A DNA stretch of 64,000 bases from Salpingoeca rosetta (Eukaryota > Protista > Choanoflagellata). The first letter of the stretch is position 1, and each line of letters starts with the position of its first letter. Position numbers and translations under genes: made by a program. Of the stretch, positions 36,413-52,372 are shown in pieces. The stretch covers positions 1-64,000 of the forward strand of contig JAWQFM010000003.1 in NCBI GenBank assembly GCA_033442325.1, in the 5' to 3' direction. The notes beneath the pieces were generated by a model. The model was not told the origin of the DNA and ran no database searches. It worked only from the letters and a program-made list of their open reading frames with translations.

Positions 36413-37328
36413 CACTGCAAGCGATTCAGTGCACACGCGTGCAAGCCGCGTGGGCCAAGAAACGTACTCGCGTTGTGCAATGTGTTCGCAGATGACGAGG
36501 ATCTTCTCGAGGACGGCGGTGTCGTGGCGGTCCGGGTCGGCACCCTGGTGCTCCAGCGACACATCCACCGCAGAGCGCAGCGCCCGCAGCCACGGACGCG
36601 TGCACAGCAGACTGGACATGGCTGCCGCGTTGGCTGGGCGGTGCGCTGGTGGTGGGGTGCAGATGTAGTGGCGTGGTAGGGGAGTGTGGGGTGGAAGAGG
36701 GGGGGGGGGGACAAGGTGTGTTGAGTGATATGGAGGGAGTGTGCTGACATATGCAACCTTCAGAGCACGGCTCACAGCGTACAGCAGCACGTGCACACCT
36801 TGCTCGAGGCAGAGGAGCAGGAGAAGATCGACGGTGCATCGGAGTGTGGAGGGCGTGGCAACAAGCAGACACATGCGCATCACTTCCAGACCTGGCCACC
36901 AAAACGTGTGTGTGTGTATGTGTGTGTGTGTTCAGGCGAACAATGAATGATGATCGCAAGTCGTCGCGCTGCTTCATCCCACACTGCCCACACCACAGCA
37001 CAACAGACAGACAGCACAACAAACAGCAAGCACACACACACACACACAACACAATGGCGCAGCGCAACCAATGTGGCTGTCAAGTGCATTGGCGAAGTTG
37101 CACACCTTGGACGGAGAGAAACTCAGAATACGCAGCAAAATGGTGGAGGACTGCACTGAGATTGTTGAAGAGACGAACAATCGCGTCCGCTGGTGTCAAC
37201 GACCACAAACCAGAGGGGTGGGGCGGTGGTGCGTGTAAGAATCGCTGACAGGTGAGAACGAACATACATACATACATACATACATACATACATACATACA
37301 TACATACATACATACATACATACATACA

Positions 37329-37360
<32 letters not shown>

Positions 37361-40300
37361 CATACACACATATACATACACACATACATATACATACACA
37401 CATATACATACACACATATACATACACACATACATACACACATATACATACATGCATCACACAATACCCATATCAAACAATACACGCACGCATAGGAAGA
37501 TGGCGAAACTCACCCTGTGATGTGCACTGCAGTTGGACGAGGATGGCCAGCAACAGCGCCCGAGCAGCGTCATCACCACTATCATCACCATCACCCCCAT
37601 CATCACCACTGCCGCCATCGCCACGACTGGTGTGCGCCCTCCACAACGCGCTGCTGTTTCCGAGCGGCCCGTGCGAACGCGACAGCCCGCGCACACGCGC
37701 ACGCGCATCCCTGCCCGCACCAGTGAGCGCCGAGGTGGCGAGCGACGCGGACGTCCCACCTGCTCTTGTCGATGCGCTGCCATGCTGCAGTTGGTGCTGC
37801 TGCATTTCGTGCCGGCTGGAGTGCTCGATTGTGCGCATGACAGCAGCGAGGCGTTTGAGTGAGCCGTGATACGCATGCTTATGTTGCGACGCGTTCAGCG
37901 CCTGCACACACCAGTGCGTCATTCGCAAAAACGGAACCACGCTTACGGCAGCGCTGCTGATGCTGTTGGTGCTGCTGCTGGTGCTGGCTCCACCAGCTCC
38001 ACTCGATACACGGCTGCCATCAGCACCACCAATCGCTTCTTCGGTGTTGCCATGCGTACGCCCATCCCCAGCATCTGCAGACCAGCGCAAGATGGCCAGT
38101 AGTGCGCGGAGGAGGCGTGGTGCCTGGTCGCTCTCATCACCATCACCACCGCCACCACCATCACCGCCATTGCTCACAACAGCCGTGCTGTCCAATGGTG
38201 CTCGCGTGTTCAGGCTCGGTGCATCCGACCGCCGCTGCGCCCGCGCACGCAACGACGCTGGCAGGCTGTTGTTCAGGTGGTGGTGGTGAACGCTCCATTC
38301 CCTAATGCTCAACCGTGTGCACGTCTTCACCAGCGCTTGCACATTGGCATGGCGCAGGAGCAACGCAAGCAGAACACGGCACGCACGCGCCACCGACGTC
38401 ACGGCATGCAATTGCTGCTTCAACGCCAATTCGTGGCCTTTGCGCACTTGATGCTGCTTCAGGTGGTGCTGTTGTGCGTCTTTGTTCTGTCCCCGCTTCT
38501 TGGGATGCGTGGTCTTGTAATGAGCCCCGTTTGTCGCGCTCTCTCGCGGTTCCCTCTTTGCTTCTTCATTATCACTGCCACTGCCACTAGCCGTTTCGCC
38601 ACCGTGATCATCATCACCATCAACATCATCACCATCAGTGGCTTCACCCTCCCCATCACCACCCTCATCGTCACAGCCAACTTCATCATCGCGGCTGTTG
38701 ACCGCGTCACCCCGAGCATCGACCAATGAGTGCTGCGATGCGTGCATGGATGTCCTCAGCGCGGCAATCCGCTGTTCTCGCTGCTGTGCTGTCCTTTGCG
38801 CCTCTGCCAACGCCGCCTGCAACTGCACATTCTCGTCGCGAAGCGCTGCTGTTGTTCGCCGCAGCTGTGCGTGTGTTGTGCGCAGCCGCTGCAGCTCCGC
38901 TTCCGCCCGGCGCGTTTTTGCCGCTGCCGCCTCCTCCTGTTGCTGGGCAAGCGCCTGCACCCGCTGGGCAGCAAGCTGCTCCACGTGCTGCTGCTGTTGT
39001 TTCTGCTGCCTCTCCACCTCTGCTGCCTTCTGCTTGACACGTGCCCACGCCGCCCGCACCTCCTGCTTCTGCTGTGCGAGGGCGCGTGTGCGTTGCGTCA
39101 GCTGGTCCACCAGGGCATGGATGGTCTTCTCCCGCGCCCGCACAGCGCTGCTGCGTTGCGCAAGCTCGTCTGCAATTGCCGCCAACTCCACTCGCACCAC
39201 CTCCTCCCTGGCTTCATCAACAGCATCACCATGGCTATCACGGTCGCCATCAACGTCCACGTCATCGTCCGCATCCTCACCAACATCAGCACCAAGATCG
39301 ACACCAACATCAACAGCCTCCACATCGCCCACATCACTGTAGCGCTCACGCCGATGGGTAGCACTGTCGTACACACGCGTGCGGCTGTTGCTGTAAACGC
39401 GATGACGGGGAGGTGGAGGCGGCGGTTGCCACTGTCGTTGTCGTCGAGCCTGCCGTCGGGGAAGAATGGAGGATGCGCGAGCAGCATTGTGGTCACGGGT
39501 GGTGTGCCCAGCGCTCGGGTGACGGTGGCTTTGTTGTTGAAACTGCAGCAACTGGCGCAAATCTTCATGCAGCGTGGGGTCGTTTCCGTCAGCAGGTGCG
39601 GCTTTGATATCAGCATCACCGCCCATAGGCCTGGATCTTGTGGAGGGCTGATAACCCCAAGCGTAGGGCACAAAAGCCTGATCATCGTCAACGTCGGCGG
39701 CGTACTCCTCGTACAGGCTCATGGCGTCCTGGTCGCCATACAATTCTGTGTCGTCTCCTCGTGCACCATCACCACCACTTGTGTCGTCGGTCTCGCCGGC
39801 AACCATAAGGTCGTCCGCCAGTGACGCGTCACTCAGGGCGGCGTCGTCGTCGCCGTTGTACAAGACAGCAGAGGGGCGCACGTTCGCGGGCAGCAGCGAT
39901 GAAGATTCGCGAATGAGAACAGCATAGCGATCGCCTCGGTGCGAAGCTGAAGCACGCACCGGCAATGCCTGTGTTTCATCCGTGTAGGGCTGCGCCAACG
40001 ACGTAAGCTCAGCAGACGTGTGCGGGGCCATGCTGTGGTGCTGCCCCCGTTGCAGTGTCCTCCGCTGCAGCTGTTGGAATAGTCGTTGCTGTGGATGTTG
40101 TGTGATGTGTGAATCGTGCAAGGCTGTTGATGTGCTTTGCACAAGGAGATCATCCATGTCCAGTCCGAGCGTGCTGATGTCTGCCTGCGTGGTGCTGGTG
40201 TGGTGGAGGTCCACTTCCAAGTCCTGGTGCTGTCTCGTTCTTGTGTTTTGTCTTGTCGCTTCCGCTGGGTAGACGTGGTGGTTTCCTTTCGCTGTCACGC

Positions 40301-40379
40301 CAACATCAGCTTCGTCTTCTTCCAGCAGTGGGCTGTTTGACAGCAGCCACATTGCCTTTGCCACCGCTTGACTGCCCAT
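35869..40379 (-). CDS. Coiled-coil protein, CCDC138-like; large first exon (40379 to about 37513) plus small 3' exons
   Basis: Long open exon with a central coiled coil. The C-terminal exons ([22 protein letters not shown]; VDLLL; VLEKILVI; [17 protein letters not shown]) resemble my recollection of the CCDC138 C-terminus. Confidence 0.55.
37263..37355. repeat. (CATA)n microsatellite, intronic
   Basis: Direct reading. Confidence 0.95.
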
Positions 40380-40507
40380 GCTGCAACTGTTGTGTGTTGA
40401 GTGGTTGTTGTTTGTTGTTGTGGTTGGTGGCAGTTGCGGGTTGTGAGGAATTGCCGTGTTTTCTGATAGTTTTCTTGAGCGGCAGTGGTGGTGGACTGAG
40501 AACGACG

Positions 40508-40846
40508 ATGCTGCGCCGAGCGGTGCAGCGGGAAGGGCTGGTGAAGCCCGAGGTGAAGGTTGAGTTGGAGGAGGTGGATGAGTATGAGAGGGAGGCCAAG
40601 AACAACGAAGAGTGCCCACGGTGTCGCACAACTCGCATGCGTCAACCAAACCTCAAGCTATTTGTCGGGACCTGCGGCCACAGCTTGTACGTGCGTGTGA
40701 TATGTGGTTGTGTGTGTGTGTGTTTTGTGTGTTCTGTGTGTGTGTTATATGTGGTTGTGTGCACGCGCGCGCGCGTGTGTGTGTGTTCTGTGTGTGTGTG
40801 TGTGTGTTCTGTGTGTGTGTGTGTGTGCGTGTGTGTGCGTGTGTTC

Positions 40847-40877
<31 letters not shown>

Positions 40878-41470
40878 GCTCTGCGTGTTTGTGTGGTTGT
40901 GTGTGTGTGTGTGTGTTCTGTGTGTTCTGTGCGTGTGCAGCTGTGTGTACACGTGTGCGTGTCTACAGTGTGCGCGCGCCCTCTCCTTTTTGAATGTCAG
41001 AACAAACTCACACATGTACCCATGCACATCCGCCTCCACCACGCCTGCACTCGCATACACACACGATACACACACACGCACACGACGCACAGGTGCGAGG
41101 TGTGCTTGAATCAGGTGTTTCATAACACGCCGTCGTATCCTTGCATTGTATGCCGCGCGTTGCGATTGCGGGCGGATTACACACCAAAGCTGTTTGAGGA
41201 CGGGTCGGTGCATCGCAACGTCGTCATCCGTAAGGACAAGCTGAAGGACCTCAACCTGAGCCTGGACGACTTCCAAGGCAACACGCGCAAGTACAACGAC
41301 TACTTGGAGATGAAGGAGGACATTGTGTACAATCTCGAACACAGCATTGATGTGGACCAGACCCGGCGCACGCTTGCGCGGTTTGTGGAGCGCCACAAGG
41401 ATGCCATTGCGGCCAACAAGCGCCGCCTCGAGCGCGAGCGCCATCGTCAGCTCCAGCTCAAGCGGGTCCG

Positions 41471-41567
<97 letters not shown>

Positions 41568-42290
41568 CGTGTGCGTGCGTGTGTGTGCGTGCGTGTGTGT
41601 GTGTGAGGTGCTTGTGGGTTTACGAGTGTGCGTTATCCACTGTTGCATGTAACCCAATGCGTTCCCCAACCTCACACGGTTTCTCGCCTCAATGGTTGAA
41701 TAGGAGCAAGCGCGGATTGAGCGCGCCAGACAAGAGGCGAAGCTGGCCGAGATCAGACGCGTCAAGGAGGCCAGGGAAAAGGTACGTTCGTGCATGTGGT
41801 GATTGTGTGTGGTTGTGTGGATGATTGTGTGTGATCGTGTGTGTGTGTGTATGTGTGTGTATTTGTGTGTGTGTGTGTGTGATTGTGTGTTCATGTGGAT
41901 TGGCGCGAGCGTGCAGGCTGCTGCGCCAACTCGACCGTATTTCCCGCTTGTCACGTCCAAGATTTGTGTTGTGAACGTGTGCTTGCATGTGAACGTGTGC
42001 ATGTGTGCGCGTGTGCAGTTGAGGCAACAGATTCTGGAGCAGCTTGCGAGCACAGACGACCCAACACAGACGCTGCTCATGGGCAAGAAGGCGCTGCTGG
42101 AGCGAAGAAAGGCGCAGATGAGCATGTTCAAGGATACCTCTCACACATACACGGTACCACACGCCTGATGCCGTGTGTATGTGTGTCCGTATGTGTGTAC
42201 GTATGTGTGTACATGTGTGTACGTGTGTACATGTGTGTATGTGTGTACGTGTATGTGTGTGCGTGTGTATGTGTGTGTGTGTGTGTGTGC

Positions 42291-42355
<65 letters not shown>

Positions 42356-42958
42356 GTGTGTTGAATTTACCCTTATGATGCTAGAGTGTGCTGACTAGTT
42401 AGCGGTGTAACTACGCCTTCTTCCGCATATTGTATGCTCAGCATCTGATCGCTGGGGGGGGAACGAGGGGAGTGTTTTGTTCGCGTGAGAAAGTCCAGCG
42501 GGACGCGGGGATATGACGTGATGTGCAACTTTGATAGAGATATTGAGCTCTACCCAGACCACTAGGTCCACTCCCCTCGCTGCATGACATTTTTCTAACG
42601 ACTCTACTGTACTACGTATACTTGTGCATAAGGCGCTTAGTAACAGAGGTATCGTCAAACTGGCAGAGGAGCNNNNNNNNNNNNNNNNNNNNNNNNNNNN
42701 NNNNNNNNNNNNNNNNNNNNNNNNNNNNNNNNNNNNNNNNNNNNNNNNNNNNNNNNNNNNNNNNNNNNNNNNNNNNNNNNNNNNNNNNNNNNNNNNNNNN
42801 NNNNNNNNNNNNNNNNNNNNNNNNNNNNNNNNNNNNNNNNNNNNNNNNNNNNNNNNNNNNNNNNNNNNNNNNNNNNNNNNNNNNNNNNNNNNNNNNNNNN
42901 NNNNNNNNNNNNNNNNNNNNNNNNNNNNNNNNNNNNNNNNNNNNNGTCGTCGTCGTCG

Positions 42959-43025
<67 letters not shown>

Positions 43026-43241
43026 CCTCGGTGCATTACATTTGTCTCTTCTCCCTCACGCCTGTTTATCCTTGCGTCCCCGCGTGCCTCCTGTGTTGTG
43101 TGCGTGCGTGCCCTGCGCAGGATGAAGGCTGGTGGCGGCGGGGCGGTTGCCGCCGACCAAGCCGCGCCCGGTGGCCTCACCCGCGCACTCGTCCTCAAGC
43201 ACGCCATCCAGGACGCATTCTCCTGCCTGTTCGAGCAGTAG
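40508..43241 (+). CDS. MNAT1: CDK-activating kinase assembly factor MAT1 (RING); spans the assembly gap
   Basis: CPRCRTTRMRQPNLKLFVGTCGHSL|CEVC...CIVC RING, LFEDGSV...IRK and YNDYLEMKEDIVYNL. The last exon after the gap, GGLTRALVLKHAIQDAFSCLF*, matches the MAT1 C-terminus. Confidence 0.92.
42673..42945. other. Assembly gap (273 N)
   Basis: Run of n. Confidence 1.
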
Positions 43242-43245
43242 CAAT

Positions 43246-43287
<42 letters not shown>

Positions 43288-43831
43288 TGTGTGTATGTGT
43301 GTGTGTGTGTGTGTGTCTGTCGGTGTGATGTTTGGCGCGCACACTCCTTTGTATTCTTAACAGGTTATTGTGGATGGTTAATGTCATCGACACGAGCACA
43401 CGTATGGACGTACGAGTGCGCGCGCACACACCCGGAACAAAACAGGCGCATTGCGCACGCTTTTGTTGTAATGAAACGCGAGAAATAAACGACGACAAGA
43501 AATCCATCCAAACAAGATGAGCAAGCAGCAAACGCAGTGGTGGAAGGGAGGCATGGTAAAAGCTGAAGGCAATGAAATGGCAGGCGCAGTGAATGTCAAT
43601 ACCACCAAGAGGCAGGGACAATGTGCATCGCTGTTGGTTGTTGCTTAACAGACACACAGATACGCAGACAGAGAAACAAAGAGAAAGAGGGGGGAAGGGA
43701 GGAAGAGCACACACACACACACATACACACGCAAACATACGCACACACGCACACACATACACACACGCACACGCACACACATACACACACGCATACGCAC
43801 ACGCACACACATACACACACACTTGTGCACG

Positions 43832-44290
43832 TTACAAAGCGTCGTCCTCGTTCTCGTTGGTGATGAGGCGAGTGGACAGCCTGTCCGGGTTGACGTGCTC
43901 CGCGTAGCCCTTGTTGGTGGTGATGTCGCTGCTGCCGCTGCCAATGACATTGGCAAAGTCGTCGTCAAACGTCAGCGTCTCACCGATGAGCGTGAAGATG
44001 GTGATGACAGAGAAGCCAATCTGGTCCACTTTGGCTGCGTCCAGCGCATCATCATACGCAGCTAGCACTTTGAGTCCTGTGGCGATGTGTGGTGTGTGAG
44101 CGATTTGTGACGTGTGATTGGTGAGGGGACTAGAAACCGAAGACACGGAAGCGTTTCGATTTTGCACAGGTTTCAACATCACGAAAGCAGGCGCTCGCAC
44201 ACGAGAACACACACACACACAAGAATGCACACACGCACACAAGAACACACACACACACACGCACGCACACACACGCACGCATACACAAGA

Positions 44291-44321
<31 letters not shown>

Positions 44322-44452
44322 CACGCACGCAAGAACACACACACACACACACACACGCAAGAACACACACACACACAAGAATGCACACACGCACACAAGA
44401 ACACACACACTCACGCACGCACGCACACACACGCACACAAGAACACGCAAGA

Positions 44453-44520
<68 letters not shown>

Positions 44521-45199
44521 CATCAAAGTCGTAGCATCTGGCGTCAATCACGTCCTGAATGATAGATTTGCGATCGAGGCGATCCAGCAGAATCCAAAAG
44601 AGGAAGAAAACGACACAGCTCAGCACGCCCGTGATGTTCTTGAGATAGAGAAGGCCCTTGAGAAAGGATTTGCTGAGCCTGATGCGGCACATCTGGAACG
44701 TTTCCAGGAACGCAGCCATGACACCGGACGCGGCACGGCCCATGAGGCCTCCGACAAAGAGGTACGGGATGCTGATCCCCTGGTACGTGAGCACGTTGTT
44801 CCACTGCTTTGAGAGCCCGGCCACGATGGTGCCACTGCCGCCGGTGGAGGTGCCGTTCTCCGTTGCTTCAAAGAACGTCCTGCAAAAATCTGGGTTTGCG
44901 CAGGAGAAGAACCTGGAGGCGCGGAACGTGTTGTCGTTGTCCTCTGCTGGGTTTTGGTACGTGACGCACGGATCTGTGTCCGGGTCGTACGAGCTGCTGG
45001 CTGGGTCTGGGCAGTCGGTGGTGGCTGGCTTGTTGAAGAGGCAGGTGCGGAGTTTGTCCATATTGCCTGAATGGAGATCGTTGAGGTCGCTTTCCAGCCT
45101 AAGCAGCTGCTGCGCAGTGAAGATGGACAGCACAATCGTCACAAGCGCAATGCTGAGCCAGCACAGCTCCACAAACAAGCTCTTTGCCGTCGCATTCAT
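43832..45199 (-). CDS. Uncharacterised multi-pass membrane protein (about 307 aa; exons 45199-44521 and 44076-43832)
   Basis: In-frame GT-AG splice (phase 1), 3-4 hydrophobic segments, and a Cys-containing loop after TM1. Confidence 0.75.
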
Positions 45200-46037
45200 C
45201 GTGGATGTTGGCCAGCACAAGTGAGGAGGAGGAGGATGGACTGAGTTGTGTGCTTTGCTTCTTGTTGTGCGTGCTTGTGTCAAATCAACACAACAGCAAC
45301 AGGTGCTGTATGGCTACCAGACTGAAGTCAGTGTTTCACATCGAAGGAGGGAATTTTTTTTTTTTGCGCGTTTGAGTGCATGCAGGCAAGTTGGCCAATC
45401 AGCTGTGAGAACAAAGCCGGCCGCGCCCGCCCACACAAAACAACAAGCAAAACCAGCAGCGCCACTGTTTGTTCCTTGCTCCACTTCTTCTCTGCTTCTT
45501 GGCTGTTGTTTGTTCGCTGCAGGTGAGGTGCGGCATGGTTGTGTGGTGGTTGTGAGGTGGGGATATGGATTGAGGGATATGGATGGACTGTGTGGATGTG
45601 AATTGATAGTATCTCGGATGGATGCAAGGGCGCGGCCTCGGTGCTCGCTTCTTGGTGCTTGAGTGTGTGACTGATGTGTGTTGGGTGTGGTGATGAATGG
45701 GGGTTCACCACAATTTGATGCTGTGCTGTGTTTCCAATCTGTGGTTGTGGTTCCAGTCTTTTGTGTCCTCGGCTGGGACTGCTGGCTTGCTCGATCCTTG
45801 CATGCACAAGCATTCACACCAGCACTTTGCTCCATCTCTGCCTCTGCCTCTGCCTCTGTCCCTCCCTCCTCTCTCGCTCTCTCGCGGCTCTTGCTCCTTT
45901 CTTTGTCATCTTGCGCGTACGCGTCCGTGTCTGCGTGGGTGATCGTTGTGACAACTTGTTGGGCAGGGACTCTCGGATTCAAAGAAACACCTGCAAAAAG
46001 ACCTACCATGGTTGTGTTGCCTCAACGACGATCCAGG

Positions 46038-48667
<2,630 letters not shown>

Positions 48668-48895
48668 GACCAACAACAACAACAAGCAAGCAAGACTGCT
48701 ACCTGCATACAAAGGAACACAACGCACTCACATACACACACGCTGCTGCTGCTACTACTACTACCACTACCACTGCTGCGCTTCTGTTTTAACACCCATC
48801 CATCATCATCATGTCGTTTGCATATCCCCCCCCCCCCCACCTCCACTGCACTTTGTGCTGTTCAATTTCATTTTTCTGTTTGTGGCGTTGCTCGC

Positions 48896-48903
48896 TGACG
48901 TGG
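48896..48903 (+). promoter_or_regulatory. UPRE-like element TGACGTGG upstream of PDI
   Basis: GCTGACGTGGC lies about 180 bp upstream of the PDI ATG and matches the XBP1/ATF6 consensus TGACGTG(G/A). Confidence 0.5.
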
Positions 48904-49081
48904 CGTGTAGACGATTTTCTTCCCATGTCATTACAACTATTCCTCTTCCCTCAAAAGAAATACGAAAAAAATAATATCCCTGTGGCTGACAGAGCACTGC
49001 ACACCAGCAACAACAGGCACGCAGAGCAACGCATTTTCCTCCTTCTGTGCACATACAAACCAGACAGCCCTCCCACAAACC

Positions 49082-52015
49082 ATGTTCAAGAGTGCGCTTG
49101 TGATCGCCCTTGTGGCGCTGGCCTGCGTGGCACACGCTGCCGACGATGATGTCCTCACCCTGACGTCCGACAACTTTGACTCCACCATCGAGCAGAATGA
49201 CTTTGTCGTTGTCGAGTTCTTCGCCCCGTGAGTTTGTTGTTGTTGTTGTTGTTGTTGTTGTTGGTGTTGTTGTTGTTGTTGTTGTTTGTCTAGTGTCTCT
49301 TGCTTCCTCGTTTGCCGGCGATGCCTCTTATCGTCGCTGGCCACCTTGGCCGCGTTCCCTTTGCGCATTGCCATTTGTTTGTCTGCCTGTTCCCAAACAA
49401 CCACATGCGATCTCTTTCTCTGTCACTTTTTTTTTGTCACTCACGCGCATGCACACACGCACACATCCCTTTGTTCGTTCAGCTGGTGCGGTCACTGCAA
49501 GAAGCTCGCCCCAGAGTGTAAGTGATTTGGAGTTTCTCCTTCTCGCTGTTGCCTCGGGTGGTGCTCCTTCGGTGGTGCGATCTCAGCTTTGGCGTTGTTC
49601 CACGCGAATGCTTGCTTGCAATCACACACGCACAACCTACATTCTCTCCCTCTCTCGCTGTAATCCTCAATCACTCACACACCCACACACACACACTGTC
49701 CACCTTTCTTAATCCTCCCCACCCTCTCTCTCTCACTTACTTTTTGTGCAGACGCCAAGGCTGCCACCATTCTGAAGGAGGACGGCATTGTGCTTGGCGC
49801 CGTTGATGCGACCGTGGAGAGCGACCTGGCGTCCCGATTTGGTGTGCGCGGCTACCCCACCCTCAAGCTCTTCAAGCACGGCGAGGCCACCGAGTACAAG
49901 GGCGGCCGCACCGTCGACACCATTGTCAGCTACGTACGCAAGGCCACCGGCCCTCCCGCCGTTGAGCTCGCCGACGTCGACGCCGTCAACTCCTTCAAGG
50001 AGTCTGGCAAGGTTGTTGTCGTGGGTTACTTTGACAAGCTTGACGGCCACGAGTACAAGGCCTTCATCGACGCCGCCAAGGCTGACGAGGACATCTCCTA
50101 CGGTGTGACCACCAACGCCGACGCCGCCAGCGATGCCGGTGTCACCGCCCCCGCCGTCGTCCTCTACAAGAAGTTTGACGAGGGCAAGAACGTCTTCGAT
50201 GCCGAGTGGTCTCGCTTCAACATTGCCGACTTTGTCACCGCCAACAAGCTGCCGTCCGTCATCCCCTTCACCATGGACGTGGCCGGCGAGATCTTCCAGT
50301 CCAAGATTGGCAAGATTGCCTTCCTCTTCACCGACGAGGAGAACGAGGCATACAGCGAGATTGCCAAGGAGTACAAGGGCAAGTTTGTCTTTGCCACCTC
50401 CGACTCCTCCCAGACCCGCCTTACCTCCTACCTCGGCGTGGAGAAGAGCGACTTCCCAACCTTCTACATCCTGGAGACGGGTGCGCAGATGAAGAAGTTC
50501 CCCATCCCCGAGGGCGGCGCAGACGCCGATGCCATCCGCGTAAGTTTCGTGTCGTCGCTGCTGTCACTGCTGCTGTTGCAACTGGTTTGCTGTCGCCCCT
50601 TTTTTTTTTGCTTGGGTTTTCATTGCGTTTGTCATCCCGCCTGACGCTACCCTTTGGTCTTTAGTGCCCTTGCCTTCCTTCCGTTGCCCTCTCCTCCTTC
50701 CTCTCTTCTTTCCCCTCTGCCCTTTTCCCTCCTTTGCGCCTCCTCTTCCTTCAATGCTTTTCCCATTCGATCCTATCCACCCCATGTATGGCAAAGAACC
50801 GTTGAGCGTCACGATTCTCGTTGTTTGAATTGTTACCGTCGCACAACTGGTTTCGAGCATGGGAATACTGAGATGTTGTTATCTGGGGCGTTCCCGTATG
50901 GAGCAAGTGAACCTTCTCTGCTAACTCCTTCCCGTAACCGCCCCAACATTCCTGTTCAATTTAGTCGATATGTTGTTCTTATTCAACCGCCACAATGTCT
51001 CCTTTCTATGTTTTATATTTCTGCCCTCGCCCTTCTTTTTTCCCCTTCTTGACGGCGGTACTCTTGCCCCCCCCCCCTGCTGTCTTGTCTGGTTGCCACT
51101 TCGCACGCAGGCTGACCTTTTGACATGCACACACACACACAACCATTTGTGCTCTCTTTCCTTGCGCGTGCATCTTAACCTTATTTAGGCCCACATTGAG
51201 GAGTACCTCGCCGGTAACCTGAAGCCCCACTTCAAGTCGGAGCCCGTCCCCGAGCCCAACGACGGCCCCGTTACCGTTATCGTCGGAAAGAACTTTGACG
51301 AGATTGTCATGGACGAGTCCAAGGACGTGAGTTCTCGCCCATAGTTTGCGTTTGTCATGCGTGCGTGCGTGTGTGTGCGTGCGCACGTTGTACGTCTGTT
51401 TGTGCAATGAGTATGTTTTGGCCTTGCCTTTTTCAAGCATCCGTCACTCACAACATGGTATTCAACATGTCCTTTTCATCTCCCTCGCCGGACAGGTCCT
51501 GCTTGAGGTGTATGCACCATGGTGCGGCCACTGCAAGAAGCTCGAGCCCACCTACAACCAACTGGGCGAGAAGTTTGCTGACAAGAAGAACATTGTCATT
51601 GCCAAGATGGACGGTACCGCCAACGAGGTTGATGGCCTTTCTGTGCGTGGGTTCCCCACCCTTCGCTTCTACCCGGCCGGCTCCAAGACTGTCTCCGGCA
51701 AGGAGTACACGGTGCGTCCAACCTCTGTGTGTGTGTGAATGGTTGCGTTTATGTGCGTACGTGTGTGTGATTGTGTGTGTCCGTCTTGTGTTGATGTGTG
51801 TGTGTGTGTGTTCATTTGTGTTCTTTGTGTTCTTTGCATTCCACCGCCAACTGTCATGTTCTCTCACACCCATCCAACACCCACCCCACCCCCTCAATCC
51901 AATCCACGTTTTGCCTCACTCTCTTGTGCAGGGCGGTCGCGAGCTTGCTGACTTTGAGCAGTACCTCAACGCAAACGCCAAGAGCGTTGAGGCTGAGGGC
52001 CACGACGAGCTCTAA
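49082..52015 (+). CDS. PDI: Protein disulfide isomerase (a-b-b'-a'), ER-resident; multi-exon
   Basis: Signal peptide, two APWCGHCK sites, GYPTL/GFPTL and C-terminal HDEL. Strong C/G-ending codon bias. Confidence 0.97.
50781..50951 (+). ncRNA. Candidate intronic two-hairpin RNA (H/ACA-snoRNA-like) in the longest PDI intron
   Basis: Hairpin 1 is closed by CCCATG/CATGGG (50781-50863). Hairpin 2 is closed by TGGGGCG/CGCCCCA (50884-50945) and immediately followed by ACA. No perfect ANANNA H box was found. Confidence 0.35.
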
Positions 52016-52332
52016 GCAACAAAAGCCACCAACCAGTGACGCACAACCCACCACCTCAAACCACACCCACATTCAGATCCAAGCCTCTTATCAAAGCGTC
52101 CTTGCTTGACATACCCACGCACCACACCACACTTGTCAAAACACATGATCCATCCCTCTTTTCCCCTCGCTGGTGCTTGTGTGTGTTTCGGTTATTCCAC
52201 TCTTTGACGATCTCAATACACCTCAAACGCTCAGCAATCATTGTGGGCAAGGGCATTTACTGTTGTGCCAGTGGAGAGACGTTAAGTTGTGGCATTCGTG
52301 TAAAGTGTTTTCCAAGACGATACCGAAACGGG

Positions 52333-52372
<40 letters not shown>

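Noticed and set aside
42361-42672. AT-richer foreign-looking sequence in the MNAT1 intron (possible insertion or HGT)
   Set aside because: It lies between a long TG tract and the N gap, typical of a degraded read end; no recognisable coding or terminal repeat.
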